Shown piece after piece: positions 30,043-39,728 of a DNA stretch of 64,000 nt. Both the position numbers and the translations under genes were made by a program. The notes below the pieces were generated by a model. That model was not told the DNA's origin and ran no database searches. It saw only the letters and a program-made list of their open reading frames with translations. The stretch is from Thermodesulfobacteriota bacterium (lineage in GTDB: Bacteria > Desulfobacterota_D > UBA1144 > Nemesobacterales > Nemesobacteraceae): assembly GCA_965202785.1 (NCBI GenBank), contig OZ241855.1, forward strand, positions 640,001-704,000, read 5' to 3'. How positions within the stretch are numbered: position 1 is the first letter of the stretch; every line of letters begins with the position of its first letter.

Positions 30043-30975
30043 TCAGAGATAATACTTGAGCCCGACCGTGAAGGTCCAGCTGTCTGTATCACCCACTTCG
30101 AAATCGGCCGTAAGCGGCGTAACGCCGTCGGCGCGTATGGGTTCGTGACCTCTGACCCGCGTCCAGAACACGTCGTCGCGGTCAAAACCGCTAAAGCGCG
30201 TCCAGCGGACCTTGGCGCCGACTGAAAGATCGTCGTTAAGCGCATAGTCGACTCCTCCCACAACCTGAAAACCGAACCTGGTTTTTCCCAGCTTCGTATC
30301 TATGTCGCTGACCGTGCCCGCCGCGGCCATCTGCCACGGTTCCATACCCAGATCGCTTCTGCGCAGAAATCTGGCGGAATAACGCATTTCCGTCGAACCC
30401 ACACCTATGCCGCCCCCGATATAGGGCGTAAAAGGCGAGTCGTTGCGCAGGTCGTAGTAGGCGTTCAGGAAGAAATGATGAGCGCTGAGGTCATACACGC
30501 GTTCTGAAGGAGGATCGTTCCCGTCCCATTCACTCTCCTTTTGCTCAAACGTTTCGCCGCCGCCGGAACCGAGGCGCGCGAGCCTTCTCTGCGAGCCCTG
30601 GCGGCGGTTTAGATACTCCGCCTCAAAACGCAGCCCGTTGCCGAATGCGTAACCAAGGGTCGCGCCTCCCACGAAGCCGGCGCCGGGGGCAAACACGTTC
30701 GCAATGGTAGTTGTTTTTTCAGTGGTACACTCCGGGTCCATCGGTGGAGTCGCACCGGAAGGGTAAAGAAACGAATCGCATCGGGTCGGGTAATCAATCA
30801 AGTCCTGGGAAACGTCCATGTCTCCCGATTTTGAAAAACCCGCTTCAAGCCCTACATAAAAACCTTCCGCCGCTGAATCCGTCACCGACAAGGCGGACGC
30901 CAAAAGAACCGCCACAAGCCAAAGACACCCGGTGCCCGTAAAATGTCTCATATGTTTTCTCCCTGTATCTCTCAA
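30043..30975 (-). CDS. Outer-membrane beta-barrel protein (Opa/P44-Msp2-like 8-strand family)
   Basis: Signal peptide, GFYVG, LRFEAEY, NAYYD...PYIGGGIG, FQVVGGVDY and terminal GLKYYL. Confidence 0.8.
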   Translation of the reverse strand: MRDTGRKHMRHFTGTGCLWLVAVLLASALSVTDSAAEGFYVGLEAGFSKSGDMDVSQDLIDYPTRCDSFLYPSGATPPMDPECTTEKTTTIANVFAPGAGFVGGATLGYAFGNGLRFEAEYLNRRQGSQRRLARLGSGGGETFEQKESEWDGNDPPSERVYDLSAHHFFLNAYYDLRNDSPFTPYIGGGIGVGSTEMRYSARFLRRSDLGMEPWQMAAAGTVSDIDTKLGKTRFGFQVVGGVDYALNDDLSVGAKVRWTRFSGFDRDDVFWTRVRGHEPIRADGVTPLTADFEVGDTDSWTFTVGLKYYL

Positions 30976-31016
30976 TTCAAGAACCGCTGACGGCCAAAGG
31001 ATACCCCTGAAAAAAA

Positions 31017-31787
31017 CTACGTCTTTTTTACCTCTTCCCAGATCTCGTCCATCTGTTCCATGGAAAGAGCGTTTATCTCTTTTTCACCGGTCCGCGCTTT
31101 CTCCTCGAACCGGGAGAATCTCTCTATGAACTTCTCGACGGCCCCGTGAGACGCAGTCTCGGCATCGATATCAAGATGTCTTGCCAGACTCACGATGGAA
31201 AAAACAAGATCCCCCCACTCCTCCCGGGATTTGTTTTTCTCTCCGGCCTCCATTTCCCGCTCAAGCTCAAGCAGTTCCTCCTTTACCTTCGCAAGAACCG
31301 AGGAGACATCCCTCCAGTCAAACCCTACGCGGGCCGCTTTCTCACCGACCCTCTGCGCTCTCATCAAAGAGGGCATGGCTCTCGGTATTTCCTCCAGATC
31401 GGGCTTGCCTTTTTTCTCCTTGAGCTTCTCGGCGTTCCAAGTCCTCAAGGCCTCGTCCGCATCCTTGGCCTTTTTCTCACCGAACACGTGAGGATGTCTT
31501 CTTATGAGCTTGTCGTGGAGTCTCTGGGTGACATCGCCTATGCCGAACTTCCCCTCTTCGCTTGCTATCTGAGAGATGAAGACAACCTGGAAAAGGAAAT
31601 CTCCCAGTTCTTCTATGAGTCCGTCTGTGTCCCCAAGCTCTATTGCCTGTATTACCTCGTAGGCCTCTTCAAGAACATAAGCGCGGAGGGATCCGAGGGT
31701 CTGCTCCCTGTCCCATGGGCAGCCTCCCGGAGCGCGCAGACGCCTCGCAAGCGAAACTATATCGTCAAAAGTCTTTTCTTCTTTCAT
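31017..31787 (-). CDS. mazG: Nucleoside triphosphate pyrophosphohydrolase
   Basis: LRAPGGCPWDREQT, EEAYEV, EELGD, KLIRRHPHVF, GFDW and a second EEWGD. Confidence 0.96.
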   Translation of the reverse strand: MKEEKTFDDIVSLARRLRAPGGCPWDREQTLGSLRAYVLEEAYEVIQAIELGDTDGLIEELGDFLFQVVFISQIASEEGKFGIGDVTQRLHDKLIRRHPHVFGEKKAKDADEALRTWNAEKLKEKKGKPDLEEIPRAMPSLMRAQRVGEKAARVGFDWRDVSSVLAKVKEELLELEREMEAGEKNKSREEWGDLVFSIVSLARHLDIDAETASHGAVEKFIERFSRFEEKARTGEKEINALSMEQMDEIWEEVKKT

Positions 31788-31802
31788 AACTCCTGGGGCA
31801 AC

Positions 31803-32933
31803 CTAGACCCGAAATTTCTTCGAACACCGGGTCAGGTTCTCGTTTCCGTCCCGCGTGACCAGAACCACGTCCTCTATCCTGACTCCCCCGAGACTCTTGT
31901 AGTAAAGACCGGGCTCTACGGTAACAACATTTCCTTCCTTCAGAATCTCGCTTCCGGGACCGATCCTCGGCGGCTCGTGTATATCAAGCCCCAGGCCGTG
32001 GCCCGTGGAATGTATGAATCCCTCGGGGCTTCCGGAACCCGAAGCCGTGGTAGGAAACCCCCGCTCCGTGAAGAAACCGATTACCGCGCCGTGCACGTCC
32101 TTTGATCTCACGCCGTCTTTTATCATGGAAAGCGCGATTTTCTGGCCGCGCAAAACGGTATCGTACATTCTCAAAAGTTCAGCCGAGGGCTCGCCCTTAA
32201 CAACCGTTCTCGTCATATCGCCGAAATAGCCGTTCTCCTGGGACCTCGGGAAAATATCGATCACCACCGGCCATCCGGCCTTAAGAGGCCCCGAGCCCTT
32301 CTCGTGCGGCATGGATCCCTGAACCCCTCCGGCCACTATAGTGTTCGAAGCCAGATACCCCCGTTCGGCAAGATAGGAGCTTATGGAGGAGCGCACTATC
32401 TCGGAGGTAAGGGGCTTGCCCTCACGGTAAAGCACGGAACCCTTCACCTCTGAATCCGATATAATTGAAATAGCAATCCTCATGGCCCATGCCGTAGAGT
32501 AAAGCGCCTTCTTTATGAGTGAAACTTCCGCCGGGGACTTCCTGAGACGCCCGGGAAAAAGAAAATCCGTTTTCGCGGTCCTGACGAAAAAACCGGCTCC
32601 CCGAAGCGCGTCGGCATAGGAAACCGGAAAGTATCTCTGGACAACCAGGCTCCTTATTCCTCTTTCCCTGAGAATTGCCGCGGCCACCTCGGCAATACCG
32701 GGCCTTTTTCTCTTGCCGCCGCGAATCCTGGCAACCCACTCCCCGAGTGAGACGACCCGTTCTACCCTTGCCTCTTTTTTGCCCCGCTCAAGTTCAAGGT
32801 CGCTGAGAACCAGTGTTCCTTCCCCGTCGTGTTCGAAAAAAATAACGGGGTCCGGAACGAAAAAACCGGTTCTGTGGTAAAGATCGGAATTGCGCTCGCT
32901 CGAATCGATTATAAGGTAGGCCGTTTTGCTCAC
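31803..32933 (-). CDS. Xaa-Pro aminopeptidase (M24 family)
   Basis: DIFPR, GYFGDMTRT, HSTGHGLGLDIHE, TVEPGLY and GGVRIED. Confidence 0.93.
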   Translation of the reverse strand: MSKTAYLIIDSSERNSDLYHRTGFFVPDPVIFFEHDGEGTLVLSDLELERGKKEARVERVVSLGEWVARIRGGKRKRPGIAEVAAAILRERGIRSLVVQRYFPVSYADALRGAGFFVRTAKTDFLFPGRLRKSPAEVSLIKKALYSTAWAMRIAISIISDSEVKGSVLYREGKPLTSEIVRSSISSYLAERGYLASNTIVAGGVQGSMPHEKGSGPLKAGWPVVIDIFPRSQENGYFGDMTRTVVKGEPSAELLRMYDTVLRGQKIALSMIKDGVRSKDVHGAVIGFFTERGFPTTASGSGSPEGFIHSTGHGLGLDIHEPPRIGPGSEILKEGNVVTVEPGLYYKSLGGVRIEDVVLVTRDGNENLTRCSKKFRV

Positions 32934-32998
32934 GCCGAAAACTATACAGTAAACCTGGGCAGCCGGGCAAACCAGCGGCGCTGCTTACCGCCTACGCT

Positions 32999-33027
32999 TT
33001 GACAATCGCCCCCGGCAGATGTATTTT
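32999..33027 (+). promoter_or_regulatory. Putative sigma70 promoter of erpA
   Basis: TTGACA-17 bp-TATTTT about 50 bp upstream of the ATG. Confidence 0.45.
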
Positions 33028-33076
33028 GTTGATGGAGTGGTAAAAGAAATTTACACTGCGAGGAGGCAGAGGAAAT

Positions 33077-33400
33077 ATGTTTTCCGTAACCCCCAAAGCC
33101 GTAGATGAAATAAAAAGGCTGCTTGCCGAAGACGACATAGAAAACGCGTTTCTCAGGGTAAGGATAGTGCCCGGGGGCTGTTCCGGGTTTTCCTACGAGA
33201 TGGGATTTGACGACGAGACCGATGAAGGAGACAACTTGATCGAGTCCGACGGCATAAAGGTCGCTATCGACGAGATCAGCTATACCTATCTCGACGGATC
33301 GGTTCTTGATTTCAAGGACGGTCTGGAGGGAAAGGGCTTTGCGATCGAAAACCCTAACGCGACTGGTTCCTGCGGCTGCGGACAGTCTTTCAACGCATAG
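33077..33400 (+). CDS. erpA: Iron-sulfur cluster insertion protein (ErpA/IscA, HesB family)
   Basis: GGCSGFSY, NPNA and CGCGQSF motifs. Confidence 0.92.
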   Translation: MFSVTPKAVDEIKRLLAEDDIENAFLRVRIVPGGCSGFSYEMGFDDETDEGDNLIESDGIKVAIDEISYTYLDGSVLDFKDGLEGKGFAIENPNATGSCGCGQSFNA

Positions 33401-33672
33401 AAAAATCCGCAATATCCAGATTTTCCCCACAAAACCTTTGTCGGATCCCGCGGCGAATCCTGGCGCGGAGGATTCATTGAATGTGGATCGGCCGGAAAAG
33501 CAGGCTTTTTGTCTGTGAGGCGTTGTGTGGGGCAGCGGATCATGGTTTCTGTATTCGCAAAAAACCGCAGAAACCAGATTCTCGGAAAAACGGATTCTTT
33601 TTCGGATAAACAAATTTGATTATATAATTATACAGGTAGCAAGCCTGCTAAGCAGTCAGCACAGAGTACATC

Positions 33673-35520
33673 ATGGCATCAACGGCAAAAATACTTCAGG
33701 CCCACGAAGAGGCAAAGAGCTACGACAGGATCAAGTCAAAACACCTGATCGGAACCATCTTCACCGACTTCACTCCTTGGAACAAGCTCTACGGATTCAG
33801 AAACTTTATCCACGCTCCTTCAGGGAAGAAAATCGAGTTCGCCAACGATCCCGCCGTCATAGTAGGCACCGCAGTGTTCAAGGGCACCGGGGAGGAAGTG
33901 GCCATAATAGCCCAGCAGACCCCCTCGAGCGAAAAGGAAAGAACTACGCTTAACTACGGAATGGTCAAGGCCGACGGCTACGGGCTGTCTTTGTGCATGA
34001 TGGAATACGCAGAGCAGCACCGTCTCAAGCTCTACACGTTCATCGACACCATTGGCGGAGATCCCTATGAATACTCGGCCGAGAAGCTTCAGTCCTGGCT
34101 GATTTCCTACTGTCAGTCAAAGATGATTTCCATAAGAACGAAAACAATAACCACGGTGCTCGGGCTCGGGGGAAGCGGCGGCGCGATCGCCATACAGCTG
34201 GGGCACAGAAGGCTTATGCTCTCGCGAGCCGAATATTCCGTAATAACGGCCGAAGGCTGCTCCGCCATTCTCTTCAGAAGCGCGGACAAAGTAGCAGAAG
34301 CGCTTGAGGTGCTGCAGCCCACGGCAACCCACATGAAGAAATACGGGATAATAGACGAGATAGTAAAAGAGGCTCCTCTCAGAAGAAACAACTACATCCC
34401 CTCGACCCTGAAGAACCTGCAGGCATCCCTGGCCGCCGCCTCCAAGGAACTTGACCGCTTCGACATCAGGCACCTGCGCCAGGAGCTGCGCAGGAAAATC
34501 GAGAGGTGCGGACGGATAAAAAAGCAGCAGAGAATCTACGGGGGAATCGCAAAGAAAATAAAGGCCTGGCTCCCCAACTACTTCAGCGGAAGAAAGGAAA
34601 ATCCCGACATCTCGGAAATGCAGATAGCCATCTACGGATCGGAACCCCACTTCTGCAACGACGAAAAAGACGGCCAGGGGAAAATCATACGCCCCGGCTG
34701 CAAGAAACAGCTTACGAAAAAGGAACTGCACGCGAACAATTCCTCGTGTCCTTACTGCCACCGCCCCGAAGCGCTCAGTTCCGATGATTATCTGGACTTT
34801 CTTCTGGACGAGGCATCCTTCCACGAAATAGAACCAGGACTTTCACTCGAAGATGTGGATTCGGTCTACAAGTTCTTTAACTATTCGTCTTCAATACAGA
34901 AGCTCGCCGGGAAAACCGACTCCAAGGATTCCCTCGTAACGGGCTACGGGACCATGTTCGGCATACCCGTGGCGGTCGCGGTCTGCGACTTCCGTTTCAT
35001 GGGCGGGTCAATGAGTTCCGTTTTCGGCGAGAAGATGAACAGGGTCGTCAGCTACGCCATAGAAAACAGGCTTCCCCTGATAACGATAACGGTAAGCGGA
35101 GGGGCCCGGATGCAGGAAGGCACCGTGGCGCTCTACCAGATGGCGAAAACCATATCAGCGATTATGAGGCTTAAGGAACACGGGCTTCCGAACATCTCCA
35201 TACTCGGCCATCCGACAACCGGAGGAGCCCTTGCGAGCTACTCGGTCCAGGGAGATTTTATAATAGCGGAGAAAAAAGCGACAATCGCATTTGCCGGGGA
35301 CCGCGTCGTGAAGCTCACAAGCGGCGGACGCGGGGTCGATCCGAAAATAATGTCCTCTGAGTTCTACGAGGAAAGCGGCGGCGTTCACTTGGTAGTCGAA
35401 AGAAGCAAGATAAAACCCGCGATCTCCGGGCTGCTTAAATTCAGGGGTTTTAAAAACAGTCTGGACACCGGGACATTTCACCAGCACTCGGACGACAAGT
35501 TTGAAGACGACTGGCTTTAG
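33673..35520 (+). CDS. Fused acetyl-CoA carboxylase carboxyltransferase, alpha (N-term) plus beta (C-term)
   Basis: AccA motifs (FIDTIG, GGSGGA, YSVITAEGCSAIL, GIIDEIV) followed by AccD motifs (Zn finger ...CPYC, DFRFMGGSM, SGGARMQEG, QMAK, PTTGG, FAGDRVV). Confidence 0.9.
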   Translation: MASTAKILQAHEEAKSYDRIKSKHLIGTIFTDFTPWNKLYGFRNFIHAPSGKKIEFANDPAVIVGTAVFKGTGEEVAIIAQQTPSSEKERTTLNYGMVKADGYGLSLCMMEYAEQHRLKLYTFIDTIGGDPYEYSAEKLQSWLISYCQSKMISIRTKTITTVLGLGGSGGAIAIQLGHRRLMLSRAEYSVITAEGCSAILFRSADKVAEALEVLQPTATHMKKYGIIDEIVKEAPLRRNNYIPSTLKNLQASLAAASKELDRFDIRHLRQELRRKIERCGRIKKQQRIYGGIAKKIKAWLPNYFSGRKENPDISEMQIAIYGSEPHFCNDEKDGQGKIIRPGCKKQLTKKELHANNSSCPYCHRPEALSSDDYLDFLLDEASFHEIEPGLSLEDVDSVYKFFNYSSSIQKLAGKTDSKDSLVTGYGTMFGIPVAVAVCDFRFMGGSMSSVFGEKMNRVVSYAIENRLPLITITVSGGARMQEGTVALYQMAKTISAIMRLKEHGLPNISILGHPTTGGALASYSVQGDFIIAEKKATIAFAGDRVVKLTSGGRGVDPKIMSSEFYEESGGVHLVVERSKIKPAISGLLKFRGFKNSLDTGTFHQHSDDKFEDDWL

Positions 35521-35526
35521 CGCGGA

Positions 35527-37314
35527 CTACCGTACCGCCGTTATCCTCCCTTCGCCGCCCGGTGGATAGTCATCGGCAGATATCAGGCCGCCAAGGGTAT
35601 CCCTTATGAAACGAAACAGGGACTGCTGGTACGATACCCCGAGGACATTGAAGTCCGCGTCCCCGAACGGATACTGGTCGCCTCCTCTGGCAAGAAAATC
35701 AACGGTGACGACATCTATGTCGGGAGCTGATCCGTTCACTACGCCGCCCCTGACAAGAACCGGGCCGTTCTCAATCTCGACATCGACCACCCTGGAGCCG
35801 GCCACCGCGATGTTTCCGTCGGCATCGATAACCTGCGCCGTGCCGTCCGGGTCGTAAGTGAATCTGAATCCCGCGACCTGGACGAACCTTCCGTCCAGGT
35901 GATCGACGTTCGATACGGCGTTTTCGAGAATCGCCTTGAACCGCGAAGGACTTACGCCGGGAACGACAGCCACGAAGTTCGGAAACGGAAGCACGGAAAA
36001 GGTGTCAAGCTCCGTTACATCCCCGGCTACTATGACGGAGCTGTTCCGTATGCCGCCGCCGTTCTGAAGGGCTACTGTCCACGTGCTACGCGCTGCGCTT
36101 TCCATCCGCCTCACGGTCTCAAGGAGCGCGTCGGCAACCAAATTGCCCAGATTGGTTTCCCGCGTCCTCACGTGAGCCCTGAGTCCGTTCAGACCCACTT
36201 CGCTTTTCCCGATTACGTTTGAGCGAAGGGAGGCAACCGATTCCCGTACCGGATCCTCAACTTGCGCCGAGATGTCCGGATCCCCCGCCACGGCGTCGTC
36301 TTTCTCCCCTCCCACGACCCTTACTGGGGAACTTTCGGGATCGACGGAGAGCAGGTCCCCTTCCCCGTCAAAATGAAGGATGATTCTCCCTACATACCTG
36401 TAGCCGCCTCCTGTCGTCACGATCGGAATTTTTCTTCCGGCAGCGTCTTCTGTAATAAGGGGATAGGGACCGAATATATCGTCCTTGCCGTCATCGGGGT
36501 GAAGCAGGTCGCCGTCGTTGGCCAGAAGTTCGTTGCCGCCGCCCGCTATGATGAGGTCGGCTCCTCTCAGCCGCCCGGCGAGACCAATATCCTCCTCAAC
36601 CGACTGCAAGTGGCTCAGAATGATGATTACGCCTGCCCCGCGATTTTCCAAGCGGTCGATCTCCCGCTGAACCGCGGCGGCGACGTCACGGTCCACCCTT
36701 ACGTTTCCCGGAGATGATAGGAATGGGAGATACGGGGTTGTCGCTCCCACAATGCCGACCTTTTTTCCGTTCACATCCAAAACGACCGAAGGAGCGACGG
36801 ACCCTCTGTCCACAAGATCGGAGAGAACGGTTTCTCCCGAGAAATCAAGGTTCGCGCTTAGAAAAGGCGCATCGCCGCCGAATGCGGCTATGAACCTAGC
36901 CAGAAAATCCGCCCCGAAATCAAACTCATGGTTCCCGATGCAAAGCGCGTCGTAACCGATCAGGCGAAGACCCAGCGCGTCGAATACGGTCGTTTCTTCC
37001 CGGAAGCTCGCGTTTAACTCCGGGCCCGCGAGAAAATTATCGCCGGAGGAAAGAAGAACCGCGCCCCGCTTGCCGGTTCCGCCCGACCGCAGGGCCTCTT
37101 CCCTAAGGTTCTTAACCACGGTGGCAAATCTCGCGATGCCGCTTGTCTCGTCAATCAGGTTGGATTCCCCGTCGTTGCTGTGCAGGACCGTGAGCGTGAA
37201 AACGTCTCGCCCGCCGTTCCCGCACGCCGCGGCCAGCGCGGCCAGCAGGACCAGAAGAAGCGGCGCGAAGAAAAGTCTCGCGGAACCGAAGCCGGTTTTC
37301 TTGCGAGATGACAT
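35527..37314 (-). CDS. Lipoprotein bifunctional metallophosphatase / 5'-nucleotidase
   Basis: LAACG lipobox, HSNDGES, SGDNF, GNHEFD, LSAN, ETNLGNLVADA, NGGGIR and FLARGGDQY. Confidence 0.9.
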   Translation of the reverse strand: MSSRKKTGFGSARLFFAPLLLVLLAALAAACGNGGRDVFTLTVLHSNDGESNLIDETSGIARFATVVKNLREEALRSGGTGKRGAVLLSSGDNFLAGPELNASFREETTVFDALGLRLIGYDALCIGNHEFDFGADFLARFIAAFGGDAPFLSANLDFSGETVLSDLVDRGSVAPSVVLDVNGKKVGIVGATTPYLPFLSSPGNVRVDRDVAAAVQREIDRLENRGAGVIIILSHLQSVEEDIGLAGRLRGADLIIAGGGNELLANDGDLLHPDDGKDDIFGPYPLITEDAAGRKIPIVTTGGGYRYVGRIILHFDGEGDLLSVDPESSPVRVVGGEKDDAVAGDPDISAQVEDPVRESVASLRSNVIGKSEVGLNGLRAHVRTRETNLGNLVADALLETVRRMESAARSTWTVALQNGGGIRNSSVIVAGDVTELDTFSVLPFPNFVAVVPGVSPSRFKAILENAVSNVDHLDGRFVQVAGFRFTYDPDGTAQVIDADGNIAVAGSRVVDVEIENGPVLVRGGVVNGSAPDIDVVTVDFLARGGDQYPFGDADFNVLGVSYQQSLFRFIRDTLGGLISADDYPPGGEGRITAVR

Positions 37315-37330
37315 TATCTCTTCCCCCGCG

Positions 37331-37951
37331 TTACGTGGCCTGTGGGGAGCCGGGCTTTTCTGAGTAGGTACCGTCCAGTCCCATTATTTTTGAAATTTCC
37401 TCGGGAGAATCGAGTATCTCCCCCTTGCCCATCTTGTAAAGAAAGTTCGCGTTGTCCCTCGGGGCGTCGCTTTTTACGTTCGGGTCGAAGAAAACCTCTT
37501 TGGTGTGAACGAGCCCCGCACGGTTATACGAAGAGAGCTCGTACTTCATTCCCATCCTGAGCGCGTCGCACGGGCAGGCCTCGACGCAGAAGCCGCAGAA
37601 AACGCAGCGCATGAAGTCTATGTTGTATACCTTCGGCCTTCTCTCGATTCCGTAATCGTCCGCGGGTTCCGAAACTATGGAGATAGCCTGGGTGGGGCAC
37701 GCGATCTCGCAGAGCTTGCACGCAACGCACCTTATCTCGCCTTCGTCATCGGCAGGCATCACGTGAAGTCCCCGGTAGTTCTCGGGAAGCGCCTTTACCT
37801 CCTCGGGGTATTTCACGGTTATCGGCTGGTGCCGCGTGATGTGCCTTATGGTGATCATAAGGCCCTTCAGCACCTGGGGAATGTAAAGCTTCTCCCAGAA
37901 GGAAAGCCGCGGCCGCTTGAGCACTTTTACGTTTATCGCCATAGCAATCAA
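37331..37951 (-). CDS. nuoI: NADH-quinone oxidoreductase subunit I
   Basis: ITVKYPEE, RGLH, CVACKLCEIACP and RCVFCGFCVEACP (two 4Fe-4S clusters). Confidence 0.95.
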   Translation of the reverse strand: MIAMAINVKVLKRPRLSFWEKLYIPQVLKGLMITIRHITRHQPITVKYPEEVKALPENYRGLHVMPADDEGEIRCVACKLCEIACPTQAISIVSEPADDYGIERRPKVYNIDFMRCVFCGFCVEACPCDALRMGMKYELSSYNRAGLVHTKEVFFDPNVKSDAPRDNANFLYKMGKGEILDSPEEISKIMGLDGTYSEKPGSPQAT

Positions 37952-37985
37952 CTATATACCACAGAAAAGAAAAATACTGAACCCC

Positions 37986-39728
37986 CTAGCGGAAAAAACT
38001 GTGGCGACGACGAAGAATGAGGACAAGCGAAACCACCGAGACCAAAAGAAGCCAGAGTGCGCTTTCGCCGTCTCCCAGAGCTAGCTTGCCAGCCCCTATC
38101 ATTAAACAGAGCAGGAAAGACACGACAAGCGACCAGTTAAGAAAGACCGAAGAAAAAACTCCCCGCTCCCGCGCAACCCCAGCCCTCCTCCGCACGGGCG
38201 ACCAGAGTCCCGGGGGCCTCACCCTCGAGTAGAATGCCGAGAGTTTTTCCCAAGACTCGGGAGCGGTGGCGAAAGTGGCCGCAACCCAGCAAGTTATCGA
38301 GACGGGAACGACAAGTATCTGGTGGCGCAGCTCCAGCGGAATTCCCTTCGCCTCGGTGTAGAGAATCAGAACCAGTATAGTCGCAAGCGACGATGCAAGC
38401 GCCACTATCTCGCTCCAGGCGTTTATCCTCCACCAAAACCACCTCAGTATAAGCACGAGGCCGATTCCCGAACTCATCGCCCAGAGAAATATCCAGGCAT
38501 CCCCTATGTTCTTTATCTGAAGCGCCACAACTCCCGCGATGACGGCAAGAACGACGGTAGCGATTCTTGAGACCCGCACGTAATGGCGCTGCGGGGCGCT
38601 TTGGCGCACGAACCTTCTGTAGAGGTCGTTCACGAGGTACGACGCGCCCCAGTTAAGGTGAGTGGAAACCGTCGACATAAACGCCGCGAGAAAGGAAACC
38701 AGCAGAAGGCCTCGAAGACCCGGCGGGAGAAAATCTCTTATCATAACCAGGTAAACCGACTCATCATCCCCGCCTGCCACCCCCGCCGCTTCGGGAAAGA
38801 TCACGACTGACGCCAAGGCCACAAGAACCCACGGCCAGAGGCGAAGCACGTAATGGTTAACCGCGAACCAGGCGGTGCCCGCAAGTGCATGTCTCTCGTT
38901 TTTCGCAGAACAGAGACGCTGTATGAAATACCCTCCCCCGTCTGCGTTGTGGGAAGACCACCAGACGACGGTCATGAAGATAAGGAAGGTGAAAAAATCG
39001 GAGGAGAAAAACTCCTGCCCCGCGGTGGGCTGAGTGATGAACATGGAAGTCTGCTCCGGGGGAAGTTCCGCTATTTTGCTTACGAACTGGCTGTACCCTC
39101 CGACCGCGTCAGAATTTATGACTACGACGGCGAGTATGATCGTGCCGCCGAGCGCTATCGCGTACTGCACGAAATCCGTTATCACAACTCCCCAGAGCCC
39201 GGAGAAAACAGTATAAACAAGCACGATTCCAACGCAGAGCGAAACGGCGTATATCTGCCCGACTCCGAAAAAGACCTCGAACACCTTGGTCATAGCGGTG
39301 ATCACCCACCCCATGACTATGAAATTGAAAATTGTCGAGAAATAAAACGCCTTGAAACCGCGGAGAAACGCCGCGGGGCGGCCCCCGTAGCGAAGTTCTA
39401 TGAGCTCGTTGTCGGTTATCACCTCCGCCCTTCTCCAGAGTCTTGAGAAAACCACTATCACAAGCGCGTGGCTGAAGATGTAGTTCCACCAGAACCAGTT
39501 CTTCCATATCCCCTCGGTTCTTATCCACCCCGTTATGGCAAGGGGGGTGTCGGCGGCGAAAGTGGTGGCGACCATAGAGGTTCCAAGAAGCCACCAGGGA
39601 AGCCCGCGTCCCGAAACAAAATAGTCTGAAAGACTCCCGGACGCTCTCCTTGAAAAATAAAAACCGACTCCCAGGGAAAAAACCAGGTAGAGACCCACGA
39701 GCGCCCAGTCTACGGCGTAGAGTTTCAT
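37986..39728 (-). CDS. Sodium:solute symporter (SSS family)
   Basis: DYFVSGRGLPWW, SMVATTFAADTP, GLWGVVITDFVQ, QRLCSAKNE and LAAFMSTVSTHLNWGASYLVNDLY; about 14 TM segments. Confidence 0.92.
   Translation of the reverse strand: MKLYAVDWALVGLYLVFSLGVGFYFSRRASGSLSDYFVSGRGLPWWLLGTSMVATTFAADTPLAITGWIRTEGIWKNWFWWNYIFSHALVIVVFSRLWRRAEVITDNELIELRYGGRPAAFLRGFKAFYFSTIFNFIVMGWVITAMTKVFEVFFGVGQIYAVSLCVGIVLVYTVFSGLWGVVITDFVQYAIALGGTIILAVVVINSDAVGGYSQFVSKIAELPPEQTSMFITQPTAGQEFFSSDFFTFLIFMTVVWWSSHNADGGGYFIQRLCSAKNERHALAGTAWFAVNHYVLRLWPWVLVALASVVIFPEAAGVAGGDDESVYLVMIRDFLPPGLRGLLLVSFLAAFMSTVSTHLNWGASYLVNDLYRRFVRQSAPQRHYVRVSRIATVVLAVIAGVVALQIKNIGDAWIFLWAMSSGIGLVLILRWFWWRINAWSEIVALASSLATILVLILYTEAKGIPLELRHQILVVPVSITCWVAATFATAPESWEKLSAFYSRVRPPGLWSPVRRRAGVARERGVFSSVFLNWSLVVSFLLCLMIGAGKLALGDGESALWLLLVSVVSLVLILRRRHSFFR

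Noticed and set aside
32942-33613. 223-aa minus-strand ORF
   Set aside because: Antisense to erpA and its spacer; no protein-family features.
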